Origin: a bacterium
GTDB taxonomy: Bacteria; Patescibacteriota; Minisyncoccia; Phycocordibacterales; UBA6065
DNA: 64,000 bases
Direction of reading: 5' to 3'
NCBI GenBank assembly: GCA_030680695.1
Contig: JAUXUT010000149.1
Coordinates: 39,801-103,800 of the forward strand
A program made the position numbers and the translations under genes. Below are positions 27,855 through 37,640 of the stretch, piece by piece. The notes below the pieces were generated by a model. It was not told the origin of the DNA and ran no database searches. It saw only the letters and a list, made by a program, of their open reading frames with translations. How positions within the stretch are numbered: position 1 is the stretch's first letter; every line of letters starts with the position of its first letter.

Positions 27855-29021
27855 ATGCCCTTTAAGGTATCTATACATGATGATCTGTCTATAAAAGATC
27901 TGATAGATATTAAAGATAAGGGAGGGGTGGTGTTAAAAACACCGCATGTCGGCAATATCTACCCTAACAATCTTGCAATTGCGTCTTTAGGTATACCAAT
28001 GCTCTTTTACGATAGGACTTTGGGGGTCAAAGATATAAGTTTTCATCCAGATAAAATTATTATTGGTGGCAGGTCAACGTTAATAGCCGACCCAAACATT
28101 TTAACCACGCATTCAATAGTCAAAAAGCTTCCAGGTTTAGCGTTTAAAGATGCAGCTGTCGGTATGAAGCTGGTGGATTTTCATATGTCCTCATTTAAAC
28201 GTGCGTTACCTCAGGCGGACTGTTTTACCTACACGGAATATATTCAAAATAATAAAAGTCAGATTCTCCAGATTTTAGAAAAAATCACAGAATTTCATCC
28301 ATATTTGTGGAGCAGAGGTGTTGATGAAAGCGGAAAGACTTTTAAATCTCAAGCAAAAAATTGGGACGACATCATTAGGTCGGGAGTCCTGGGGCTTACC
28401 AGTATGAAAAGTGGTTGGATTATACCTAATCCGGTCAGCATCCTTTTTCATGGAACCGTTGATACGCTAAAGGCAAACGCAGAAGATGTGTATCTCTTAT
28501 CGGGTCCAGACATGTATCGATACATAGAGGGATACCAACTCGAACTTAACGAGGCGTACGACTATTTAAGAAAAAGCTTAAAGTGTGAACTTCCTGAAAT
28601 GGTTCGTTGTCATATTATTCCTGTCATTTGCATGAGATTTATCGTTGAGGTTGATTATAGGAAAGTGCTAGATAATTTGGTCGATGCATACTTGAGATAT
28701 GTATCTGTCGATGATGCTATCAGAAAAATACTAAAGAGTGGCGCTCAAAACATGAGCATCGATGGGCACATAAATAAAAAGGATAAAATAAAAGAGGAAA
28801 TCTATTCTTGTATCAAAGGTCAATTTGATGCATTCAAAACTACCATGTTTTATGATGTCGAGGAGGCGGGCAGTTTTAGTCAGTATGATCTCGCCAATAG
28901 TAAGGGACTATACGTTCATCCGTGGGCGGTCAATAGTAAACTAAGCGATGTATCCAAGGCTTATAGTTTTTTATTGAGGTGCTATTTGCTCGTAAGAGAT
29001 AGGCTACAGGAAGAGATGTAG
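27855..29021 (+). CDS. Hypothetical protein, possible HUP/class I aaRS- or BshC-like ligase
   Basis: KTPHVGN (HIGH-like), WIIPNPV, YLLSGPDMYRY; fold assignment is inference. Confidence 0.55.
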   Translation: MPFKVSIHDDLSIKDLIDIKDKGGVVLKTPHVGNIYPNNLAIASLGIPMLFYDRTLGVKDISFHPDKIIIGGRSTLIADPNILTTHSIVKKLPGLAFKDAAVGMKLVDFHMSSFKRALPQADCFTYTEYIQNNKSQILQILEKITEFHPYLWSRGVDESGKTFKSQAKNWDDIIRSGVLGLTSMKSGWIIPNPVSILFHGTVDTLKANAEDVYLLSGPDMYRYIEGYQLELNEAYDYLRKSLKCELPEMVRCHIIPVICMRFIVEVDYRKVLDNLVDAYLRYVSVDDAIRKILKSGAQNMSIDGHINKKDKIKEEIYSCIKGQFDAFKTTMFYDVEEAGSFSQYDLANSKGLYVHPWAVNSKLSDVSKAYSFLLRCYLLVRDRLQEEM

Positions 29022-29029
29022 CTACTGAT

Positions 29030-29782
29030 ATGTCAATGGAATATGATCCAATTTTATACGATTCCGATCCAAGGCCTTTTCTTAAAGATGAGATAGAATT
29101 TTACGTGAAACTAGTCAATAAATTAAAAGCTAAAACGATACTAGAGCTCGGTGTAGGAACAGGAAGAATTTTTTCAAAGTTACTTCCGTTGGTTAAATTT
29201 GCCGAGGGGCTTGATATTTCGGAATCAATGTTAACCGCATGCAGAAATAAGTGTTCTGGTAGCATGAACTACAAATTACATAAAGCGAGTTTTACGGATT
29301 TTAATTTGCAAACTACATTTGATTTGATATACCTGCCCTTTAATACTTTTCAACACCTGCTTACGCAGGAAGAGCAAATTGAGTGCTTGATAAATATTAA
29401 AAATCACATGCACGTGGGCAGTCGATTCATCCTTGATGTAATGAATGGCGATAATTTAATTTTTGATTTTGAAAACTGGAAACAGGACTATGTGGGCACT
29501 TTGGCTGAAGGTGGATCAGTTGAGCGCGAACAAAAAACGATTAAAGTAGATTCAAAGAATTTTATCATCCATAAAATATTCAGGTATAAAGAAATTGTCG
29601 CTGGTAAGATTGATAAAATTCTTGAATTTAATGCACAGATGAAAGTAACTCCAAATAAGAAGATGGGGGAAATTTTACAGATGACTGGCTTTAAGATAGA
29701 AGACGTATGGTCTGATTACGCTTTCAGTTATACGTGCGACGCGAAGAAAATAATTTATTGCTTAAAATTAAATGGAGTTTAA
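29030..29782 (+). CDS. Class I SAM-dependent methyltransferase
   Basis: ILELGVGTGR, GLDISESML, FDLIYLPFNTFQHL. Confidence 0.93.
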   Translation: MSMEYDPILYDSDPRPFLKDEIEFYVKLVNKLKAKTILELGVGTGRIFSKLLPLVKFAEGLDISESMLTACRNKCSGSMNYKLHKASFTDFNLQTTFDLIYLPFNTFQHLLTQEEQIECLINIKNHMHVGSRFILDVMNGDNLIFDFENWKQDYVGTLAEGGSVEREQKTIKVDSKNFIIHKIFRYKEIVAGKIDKILEFNAQMKVTPNKKMGEILQMTGFKIEDVWSDYAFSYTCDAKKIIYCLKLNGV

Positions 29783-31070
29783 ACCAACTACTATAAAGCT
29801 AGAAAAAGGACAGGTGGTCACATCAATTTACCATAGTCCATTTGACTACAATCTTCTGTACCTTATTTGTCTCGCAAAAACTGGGTTGAAGGTAAGAATC
29901 ATCCTGGACGATATAGATAATTTGGGAGTGGATAAAAGCTTTCCTGAGGGGCCATATTCTTTCAGTGAAAAGTTTTTTATGAGTAAAACAGAAAGAACAA
30001 ATATTCGAGCCCTGTCACTGATAACCCCAAAACATCTCTTTGCAAATTTGTCGCACCCAAACCTTAAGGAGTTTGACTCGAAAATCGGTATATCCACGTT
30101 CAAAGAAAACATCAGATATAGAGATACTGTTGAGCACTGGATCAGGGATGTTACGAAAGATTTCGGCACTTTTTCTCTTATTGGGCCAGATAGATCGTAC
30201 GCTTTTACCATAGTCGATCATTTTTTTGTTCAAGCAATTAGCGATGCTAAGCAGCAAATAATTGATATCTTGAAAAAATTCCCTGATCATAAAGATAACT
30301 CGATTGAATTTATTGAATGGCTTTTTGATGAAAAAGCCATTTCAATCGGCACGCCTGTCTCTGATTATTTTTTATCAGTGATGCAAAAGATCGTTGATAA
30401 ATTTGATTTGCGCGATACCGTATCAGTAGAAAGGATGTCGGACTCGGGTATTGAAGCGAATACAAAAAAACTTATGGATTCATTTACCAACAAAGATTCC
30501 CTGTGGGAGACGTATAATTATGCGGTGGTAATTGAAGGTAAAAAAAATACGGAGGATTTTCCATTTTACGCCATATCTAAGATGGACGGGAAAAGATTGC
30601 TACCTACTGATAAATACACAAATGATCCTACCAGTTATTTTCTTGCACCGAAGGTGTTGATGCTTAACAATTTTGAAAACCTCGTCTTGCCATATCATGC
30701 AATGGGTAGCATGAATGTCCGCGCCAGACAGGCAATGTATCAAAACAAAGAAATAAATTGCAATCAAATTTTCTGTGACGACGAATGGATGAAACACATA
30801 GGTTCTTTCAATATCAAGGCACAACTCGATACTGAGGAGCAAAAGATATATGATATGGATACAGTAAATTTATCTTCACTAGGAGATTTATTTGCGAAAG
30901 GGAAAAAATCATACGGAGACAGCGTAAATACAGAAGAGGCCTATAAGGGTTGGATAATTACCTCGACTTTCAATGCTATTGATCGCGTCAAATACCCACT
31001 AATTTTTATGGCACTCCTCCAAAAAGAAGTTTTTCCTACAAAAATTCCTATTTTTTACAAATTAGCATGA
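29772..31070 (+). CDS. Hypothetical protein, possible HUP/BshC-like ligase
   Basis: VVTSIYHSP, VRIILDDID, EDFPFY..GKR, LAPKVLML..HAMG; fold assignment is inference. Confidence 0.5.
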   Translation: MEFKPTTIKLEKGQVVTSIYHSPFDYNLLYLICLAKTGLKVRIILDDIDNLGVDKSFPEGPYSFSEKFFMSKTERTNIRALSLITPKHLFANLSHPNLKEFDSKIGISTFKENIRYRDTVEHWIRDVTKDFGTFSLIGPDRSYAFTIVDHFFVQAISDAKQQIIDILKKFPDHKDNSIEFIEWLFDEKAISIGTPVSDYFLSVMQKIVDKFDLRDTVSVERMSDSGIEANTKKLMDSFTNKDSLWETYNYAVVIEGKKNTEDFPFYAISKMDGKRLLPTDKYTNDPTSYFLAPKVLMLNNFENLVLPYHAMGSMNVRARQAMYQNKEINCNQIFCDDEWMKHIGSFNIKAQLDTEEQKIYDMDTVNLSSLGDLFAKGKKSYGDSVNTEEAYKGWIITSTFNAIDRVKYPLIFMALLQKEVFPTKIPIFYKLA

Positions 31071-32374
31071 TGTTGACTCTTCTCGAAAAAACGGCCGCGG
31101 CATTAATTTTAAAATTCAAACCCACGGTCGTGTGCATCACGGGTAGCGTGGGCAAGACTTCAACTAAGGAAGCAATAGCCTCTGCATTATCGACCTCCTA
31201 CACAGTCAGAAAGACTTCCCGAAATTATAATAATGATTACGGAGTACCGATAGCCGTTATCGGAGGATTTGAATCAGAAGAGGGCTATTTGGCATTACTT
31301 ACGATACTTGGCTACGGTTTATGGCAATTATACTTTCGATCAAGATTTCCACAGATTTTAGTCATAGAAGTCGGTGCCGGAAAATTTGGAGAAATCGAGA
31401 GAATCTCCCGATGGCTAAAACCTGATATGGTCGTAGTGACCAATCTCCCAGATGTTCCATCCCATCTTGGTGTTTTCGGGTCAAAAGAGATGATTATTAA
31501 GGAAAAGAAATTTCTTGTCAGTGCAATGGATAAAGAAGGAATTTTGATAATCGATAAAAACGAAAGAAATGCGAGGTATTTTTACGAGGATTTCTCCGGT
31601 AAAATTGTATTTTTTGATGCAGATAAATTTATTGAAGGCAGTAAATATACTATTGTGTATGAAGATCGAAACGATTTTAATTATCCGCTCGGTTTTAAAT
31701 TTGAGGTTGAATTAAACAACGCTGTAGACAGAAAATCCGTGACTTTTGAAGGATTTTTGGGTATTCAAAATATGAAGGCTGTTGGAATAGCGGTTTTGGT
31801 CGCTAAACAGTTAAATTGTCGAGTAGAAGATACTTTGCAAGGTATAAAAAAATATAAACCTGAGTGCGGACGCCTCAGAATAATCCCAGAGCTTAATGGA
31901 AAAATAATAGTGCTCGACGATACGTTTAATGCTTCGCCACGCGCGATTGAAAACTCATTAAGAACGCTTCTATCTTTGGAATTAAAAAAAAGCCAACGAC
32001 GGATCGCTGTTTTGGGAGATATGCTTAATTTTGGAAAAGAGGTAGAAAAGATTCACAGACAAACTGCCACGGAAGAATTACCACAGGTCGATATTCTTAT
32101 AACGGTAGGAAACATATCAGTTGTCTGGCAAGAATTTAATAGAAATAAATACCATTTGAACAAGCATTTTAAAAATGCGACTAACGCCGCTCGGTATATA
32201 GAGAAATTTCAAAAAGAAGGCAATATTATCCTTTTTAAAGGAGGTCATTTAACACGTCTTGAGAAAGCGGTTGCCATTCTAACTGGATGCCCCTCCGAGT
32301 ATCTTGTTCGACAAGAGAAGTACTACGAGATACACGAACTCGATCTTAATCCAATATCCGCCGACAATGAATAA
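31067..32374 (+). CDS. murF: MurF-like Mur ligase
   Basis: ITGSVGKTSTKE, NYNNDYGVP, IEVG, GRL, DDTFNASP, AVLGDM. Confidence 0.85.
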   Translation: MMLTLLEKTAAALILKFKPTVVCITGSVGKTSTKEAIASALSTSYTVRKTSRNYNNDYGVPIAVIGGFESEEGYLALLTILGYGLWQLYFRSRFPQILVIEVGAGKFGEIERISRWLKPDMVVVTNLPDVPSHLGVFGSKEMIIKEKKFLVSAMDKEGILIIDKNERNARYFYEDFSGKIVFFDADKFIEGSKYTIVYEDRNDFNYPLGFKFEVELNNAVDRKSVTFEGFLGIQNMKAVGIAVLVAKQLNCRVEDTLQGIKKYKPECGRLRIIPELNGKIIVLDDTFNASPRAIENSLRTLLSLELKKSQRRIAVLGDMLNFGKEVEKIHRQTATEELPQVDILITVGNISVVWQEFNRNKYHLNKHFKNATNAARYIEKFQKEGNIILFKGGHLTRLEKAVAILTGCPSEYLVRQEKYYEIHELDLNPISADNE

Positions 32375-33356
32375 ATACAAATCAAAAATTACTCCAATTT
32401 TGTTGAAGTTGGCCGAAAAATACAACGCTGAATTTCATGTAATGGATCACGATTCTGACGCTGGTTATATCGTAGGGCAAGATCACAGCAGACATTATTT
32501 TTCCTATGGAACACTGGATTTGAATAATGATGCCGCTACTGATTTTGCGAGAAGTAAGATTCTATCCTCTGAAGTCGTTTCGGCGATTAGGATCAGGGTT
32601 CCGAAGGAAAAGATGGTTAAATTCTCAATAAATTTAAAGGCCCCTATCATTAGTGTTTTGGAGGAAATCGGAACACCCGCGATAATAAAACCAGTACATG
32701 GAGCACAGGGAAAAAATATATTTAAGATAGATTCCTTAAATAATTTTGAGCTAGTTATTAAGAATAACGATTTGAGGGATGATTTAATCATTCAAGAATA
32801 TATTGACTCTCCAAATGAGATCAGGGTCGTTCTTTTAGACGGTGAAGTAATACAGGCATATAAGAGAGATTATGCGTGTGTTATCGGCGACGCGGTAAAA
32901 ACGATAAAAGAATTGATCGAAGAAAAGAATAAATATTTTCAGAACAGACAACGTAATACTGTTATCGATACAAATGACACCCAGATAGCTGTCATTCTTC
33001 AGCAACGTGGATACGATTTGAATTACATACTACAAAAAAATGAAAGACTAAATATTTCTTATGGGCGTAATTTATCGAGAGGCGGAGAGTATGAGTTTAT
33101 TACCAAGCTCAGTCCGATAATCATAGAAGTTTCTAAAAAGATTGCTGAGGCCTCCGCTCTGAGGCTGGTGGGCATTGATTTGTTTGTTGTGGGAGATCTT
33201 GACCATGTAGAGAGCGAGAATCAAATTATCTTCATAGAATATAATGCATCACCAGATATGGAGAATAATTTCTATTATGATGCTGGCTACGAACAACAAT
33301 TATTTTTGATATATGAAAAAATCTTTAGTGGAATGTGCAAATATTCCTTATTGTAA
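32367..33356 (+). CDS. ATP-grasp ligase, cyanophycin synthetase/GshF-type
   Basis: IIKPVHGAQGKNI, IQEYI, VIGDAVKTIKELIEEKN, NLSRGG, GIDL, IEYNASP. Confidence 0.87.
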   Translation: MNKYKSKITPILLKLAEKYNAEFHVMDHDSDAGYIVGQDHSRHYFSYGTLDLNNDAATDFARSKILSSEVVSAIRIRVPKEKMVKFSINLKAPIISVLEEIGTPAIIKPVHGAQGKNIFKIDSLNNFELVIKNNDLRDDLIIQEYIDSPNEIRVVLLDGEVIQAYKRDYACVIGDAVKTIKELIEEKNKYFQNRQRNTVIDTNDTQIAVILQQRGYDLNYILQKNERLNISYGRNLSRGGEYEFITKLSPIIIEVSKKIAEASALRLVGIDLFVVGDLDHVESENQIIFIEYNASPDMENNFYYDAGYEQQLFLIYEKIFSGMCKYSLL

Positions 33357-33557
33357 GTAAGTGGTGACGGTCAGCGAATACATCGATCCGTATTCAGGAA
33401 ACTTGACGCAATCTATTTCGAGCACAGCCCTGAGGCGGTCGAGAGCGCACAAAAAGCTGGCGTTGCCTCATATCTTTATGGCCACATCAAAAAAAGACTT
33501 GATTGCGCTAAAGACTTTTTTGATTCGAGCTTGTAGAGCCTGTGGGCGAAGGTTATC

Positions 33558-33672
33558 TGGGATTCGAACGGAATCTCGGAGAGGCGTATTCATATTTTAA
33601 GCCACAAAATCCGCTCCGTTCGAATCGCTTTAAACCCGCCTTGACAATTTAGTATCGGCGTGACCCTATTAC
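33558..33672 (+). repeat. att-like site D (left arm plus degenerate core)
   Basis: TGGGATTCGAACG...CATATTTTAAGCCAC...CCGTTCGAATCGCTTT.AACCCGC shared with 24778-24860, then TCGG.GTGACCC. Confidence 0.82.
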
Positions 33673-33762
33673 TCGCGAGAGTAGTGCGACCCACGAACCT
33701 GCTAGATTGTACAAAACACCAAGAGAATTCTCTTGGTGTTTTGTTGTTTATATAATTATGAA

Positions 33763-34449
33763 ATGGATTTTGAGAAAGCTATTAAAATTATCACTAAACT
33801 CCTCAATAAAGAAAAGCCCAAAACATTTAGCAGTTCTTGGATTTCCTCTTGCTCTCCTAGGGTATATCACTACGTTCGTACTAACTTCAGGACTGAAAAC
33901 GATTACATAGACTGGGACAAGGTCACAGCAGCACTCGATCCCGAGTACGCAAAGCGCTGGGTGCGTTACAAACGCAAAGTTGCCAAGCCATACGAGAATC
34001 AGACTGAGGTGGATATCATACTTACGAAATACAAAGACAAACTCTACACCTTTGTCGCCTTAGTTAATGACGATGACAAAGAAAAAAGAAATCAGCTCAT
34101 CATCGCTCTCGTCAGAATCGCCCAGAAAGGAAATGTTCTCGCTCAACAAGAACTTACGAAGTGGTTGAAGTACGTCGTCGATGATTGGGTTGATAAATAC
34201 TACCCGCTATTTAAATGGAAAGGATACACGGACGACATCGAAGACAAGATCCATGGGTGTATTCGCTGTTACAAGTACACAGGATCGTTTCTTGGCTACC
34301 TATTCAAAACACTCGAGTACTCTGGTCGTGGCATACGACCACTTCAAGCATGGTCGCTTGATAAGAATGTCGGTGATGACGGAGCGACAATGATTGATTT
34401 TATAGCTCAAGATACAGAGACGGGAGAGGTGAAATTGTTCGGGAGGTAA
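33763..34449 (+). CDS. Sigma-70-like protein lacking region 4
   Basis: LVRIAQKGNVLAQQEL, SFLGYLFKTL, SLDKNVGDDGATMIDFI near the C-terminus. Confidence 0.55.
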   Translation: MDFEKAIKIITKLLNKEKPKTFSSSWISSCSPRVYHYVRTNFRTENDYIDWDKVTAALDPEYAKRWVRYKRKVAKPYENQTEVDIILTKYKDKLYTFVALVNDDDKEKRNQLIIALVRIAQKGNVLAQQELTKWLKYVVDDWVDKYYPLFKWKGYTDDIEDKIHGCIRCYKYTGSFLGYLFKTLEYSGRGIRPLQAWSLDKNVGDDGATMIDFIAQDTETGEVKLFGR

Positions 34450-34468
34450 TTATTGGTACTAGTTCTGT

Positions 34469-35311
34469 CTAAATTATCCTCCCATCAATTTCGTGGAATA
34501 AATTGCTGACCATGATAAGGCGACCGAGTGCATCGTGATGCGGAAGCTGATCTTCATCGCCGTGACTAAGATTATTCCTCCACCAGTGCATGATGCCCAT
34601 AGTGGTAAGTTTGAAGCCGAGTTGCTTATTGATCTCCTGCGGTGTTGATAGAGCGTTGAACTTTATTTTCGGGTTCTGCTCACTGAAAACAGCCGCCATC
34701 AAATCAGACCCTTGCTTATCATGAGTGCTTGTAAGGTCTTGGATCGTCTTCTCGAACCTTTCAAGGGCTTTCCGCACTGACTCGTTGATATGACCCTCGA
34801 TGAACATTTTTTTGCAGTCAGGCAGAAGCGATGGATGAAGAACAAACGCATCAAGTATTTTTTGAATCGCTATCGGAGGTGGCACTGTCCTCGGTCTTTC
34901 CTTTGGAAGATTCATTGCTACAATTTCTGATTCAAGATCAATATTGAGAGCCTTAAGTCGGGTTGAAAGTTCGAGTGCTTCAGCTTCCAATACAGGATCG
35001 CCTTTCTCGTGTCGCTTTTCTATTGCCTTCGGTAGCATCTCCCGCACGAGGATTTTTATTGTTCTTGGCTTCTGGCAATAAAGATTTCGCAAGAACTCAT
35101 AGAAAGACTCCTTCTTGTTGGCTGCTTTCGTAGGAAGATATTTCGACAAACCCCTTTCTTTTGCAATTGTCGTCAAAGAAAAGGAACTTCGGAATCCTGA
35201 AAGAGCGATGAGCTTTCCGAGCTGTTCTGCCAGTGCACGGATCGCCTGCGCTTGCGGTGCTGTGACGGTCACTCTTTTCTTTGCAATCTTTTTCTTGGTC
35301 TTCTTTTTCAT
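34469..35311 (-). CDS. TIGR02391-like (HEPN-related) protein
   Basis: ESVRKALERFE, GSDLMAAVFS, GFK..MG...WRNNLSHG. Confidence 0.8.
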   Translation of the reverse strand: MKKKTKKKIAKKRVTVTAPQAQAIRALAEQLGKLIALSGFRSSFSLTTIAKERGLSKYLPTKAANKKESFYEFLRNLYCQKPRTIKILVREMLPKAIEKRHEKGDPVLEAEALELSTRLKALNIDLESEIVAMNLPKERPRTVPPPIAIQKILDAFVLHPSLLPDCKKMFIEGHINESVRKALERFEKTIQDLTSTHDKQGSDLMAAVFSEQNPKIKFNALSTPQEINKQLGFKLTTMGIMHWWRNNLSHGDEDQLPHHDALGRLIMVSNLFHEIDGRII

Positions 35312-35314
35312 AAA

Positions 35315-35845
35315 TTATTTGGTTGTATGGACGTGGAATCCGCAGGCTCGGCAAATGCCGTTGATGTTCGCATCTCCATTTACATGGAATTCGAAATTTT
35401 CTTTGCCACAAACGGAACAGACCACTCGGCCACCAGTGCGTTTCGTTGCATCAATCGTATCCAGTATGTCTCTCACATTCAGAACATATTTGTTCACCTG
35501 TTCTCGATCATTCAAGTACCCCTGTACCCAGAGGTTCGTGGTGATCCGCCCCGCCGATGTTTCCTTGTAGTGAATCTTTCCCTCGTTCAGCAGCTTCTCC
35601 CAGTACTGCCGTGTCTTGCCATATTCTCTAGCCACATCGCCAGAAGACATGAGTGAGGCGTTGTGGGGAATATATCCTTGGCTTTCCATGTTTTCTACGC
35701 AGGCTCGGATACCTTCAGCGAGCGCATTCTCTTTTTCTTCTTTAGAAAACTCTCCTGTTAGATCAAGTCCAAGGCTCAAAGTGCCGCCACTGCTCGTGTT
35801 GGCGTGCCAATAGAATTTTCGTTTGTCGTCTTTGGGTGCAGACAT
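35315..35845 (-). CDS. HTH plus zinc-ribbon protein (candidate excisionase/regulator)
   Basis: MSSGDVAREYGKTRQYWEKLLNEGKI; CSVC...CRAC. Confidence 0.65.
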   Translation of the reverse strand: MSAPKDDKRKFYWHANTSSGGTLSLGLDLTGEFSKEEKENALAEGIRACVENMESQGYIPHNASLMSSGDVAREYGKTRQYWEKLLNEGKIHYKETSAGRITTNLWVQGYLNDREQVNKYVLNVRDILDTIDATKRTGGRVVCSVCGKENFEFHVNGDANINGICRACGFHVHTTK

Positions 35846-35983
35846 GCCAGAAGTATACGCTTATAGGTTTCTAAATGCAACCAACTATCTGATACGCGTG
35901 GTATATCAGATCGTATTAGTTTGTATCAGATCAATACGGCTATAAGGTATGTAGCCGATTATGGCGGATTGTAGCTGAAAGGT

Positions 35984-37312
35984 TTATTCCGTCACCAAGG
36001 TCAGAGTCTTGTCCTTGTAGATGATTCTCGATCGCAGATTCGCTAACAGCTCCCGCTTCTCGCTCGTCATACCTTCCTTGAGAATGTACTTGGCATAGTT
36101 GCGGATATCGGTATCCTTGTCGGTCTTGATCTTTTCCGTTGCTCCAAGCACCGATCTCTGGAATATATTGTATCGGTTGATCTCTTCCTCAAGCTTCTGC
36201 CTCATGCCAAGCTCGTTGATGTTCACCTTGTCGAGAATTTTCAGAAGCTCCGTGATGAGTTCCTCCTCACGGATATATTTGTTCTTGCAATTTCTGTCTC
36301 TTGCTCGTGAACATGAGTAGTAGATGTAGCGGTTGGCACCACCATCTTTCAATTGCTTCCATTTCTCCTCCGCCGATATTCCACTCTGGCAATATCCGCA
36401 GGTAAATAATTTGGTGAAGGCAAACTCTTTCGTCTCTCGCACGATCTGATCACGCTTCAGTTGTGCTTTCACTTTTTCAAACAATTCCTGCGTGATGAGT
36501 GGCTGATGTTTTCCTTGATACCAGTTGCCACTCTCCCTCGGTCTCTCAAAGATTCCGTAGTAGAAGGGATTCTCAAGTATTCGATAGACTCCACTTAAGG
36601 TCAGTGGCTTGTTGCCTCTGGTGTAGAAGTTCAGCTCGAACCTCATCCAGTTGTAGACCTTCCGTCCACTCCATTGCTCGTATGCGACTTTCTCAAACAT
36701 CTTTTTGATGGTCGGCGCTCTTTGCGGATCGACAAGCACCTGTCCTTTCTTATCCATGTGCTTTTGGTTTAGATATCCAAGGGGCGCCGTTCCGACCCAT
36801 AGTCCCATCTCGCATCGCGTTCTAAGTCCTCGCTTCACGTTGATGCCTCGGTTGTCGTTTTCCAATTTCGCTTGAGAACAGAGAATCATCAGCATGAATT
36901 TGTCGTTCGGGCTGTTCGTGAATCTCTGTCCGTAGGTGCGGATGTCCTGCAAATAATTTCCATCCATGAGGTCGATGACTTTCCCGAGATCGCCTGCGTT
37001 TCTTGAAATACGGTCTGGTGCCCATGTTAGTATTCCGTTGAATTTTCCTTGCTTGATCTCATCCACGATCTCGTTGAAGACGGGGCGTTGCCCAGTCTCC
37101 TTGGCCGAGTGCGACTCTCGCTTCATGGTCACGATCTCCAACCCCTCACGCTCGGCAAGCTGAAGCATCTCATTGATTTGGCTATCTATGGAGAGGACTT
37201 GCCGTTCCTCCGATTCCGTCGACTTTCTTGCGTAAAGGCAGTATTTCACCTTTACGGGGCTTGCTACTTTGGCCGCAGTCCCTAATGGCTCTGGTCCTTG
37301 TATTCTTGTCAT
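35984..37312 (-). CDS. Large serine recombinase
   Basis: YARKS catalytic Ser, DRISRN, APLGY, ILENPFYYG, HQPLITQELF, CGYC...YYSC..C zinc ribbon. Confidence 0.96.
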   Translation of the reverse strand: MTRIQGPEPLGTAAKVASPVKVKYCLYARKSTESEERQVLSIDSQINEMLQLAEREGLEIVTMKRESHSAKETGQRPVFNEIVDEIKQGKFNGILTWAPDRISRNAGDLGKVIDLMDGNYLQDIRTYGQRFTNSPNDKFMLMILCSQAKLENDNRGINVKRGLRTRCEMGLWVGTAPLGYLNQKHMDKKGQVLVDPQRAPTIKKMFEKVAYEQWSGRKVYNWMRFELNFYTRGNKPLTLSGVYRILENPFYYGIFERPRESGNWYQGKHQPLITQELFEKVKAQLKRDQIVRETKEFAFTKLFTCGYCQSGISAEEKWKQLKDGGANRYIYYSCSRARDRNCKNKYIREEELITELLKILDKVNINELGMRQKLEEEINRYNIFQRSVLGATEKIKTDKDTDIRNYAKYILKEGMTSEKRELLANLRSRIIYKDKTLTLVTE

Positions 37313-37640
37313 ACAACACAAGGAATGACGCAACTCGCCCCAGGAGTCCAGAGCGCCCCAAGAACCCAGAAGTTGGTAGCTTTTGCCTGTGGAAAACCCG
37401 AGAGGTGGTTAAGGAAGTTAACCGATATCGGTAAAGCTCGTTAACCAGAACTGGTTAACTTTGTTAACACACAAAAGAAAGAGAAAGATAGAGAAACTTA
37501 GTATTAGGCGGAGGGTGTGGATAAAGTGGTTTAGTAAGTAGACTAGTCTAAAATTCAGACCACTCTTGGTCTATTAAGTAGACCGCAAGTGGTCTACAAG
37601 GTAGACATACAAAATCTAGGAAACAAAGGGAAACCTAGTA

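Noticed and set aside
25227-33356. Bona fide vancomycin-resistance (van) cluster
   Set aside because: The ATP-grasp is CphA/GshF-like rather than Ddl/VanA-like, and there are no vanRS, vanH or vanX/Y genes; kept only as an analogy.
33361-33600. 79-aa ORF after the ATP-grasp gene
   Set aside because: It runs into att-like site D and has no recognisable motif; probably non-coding.
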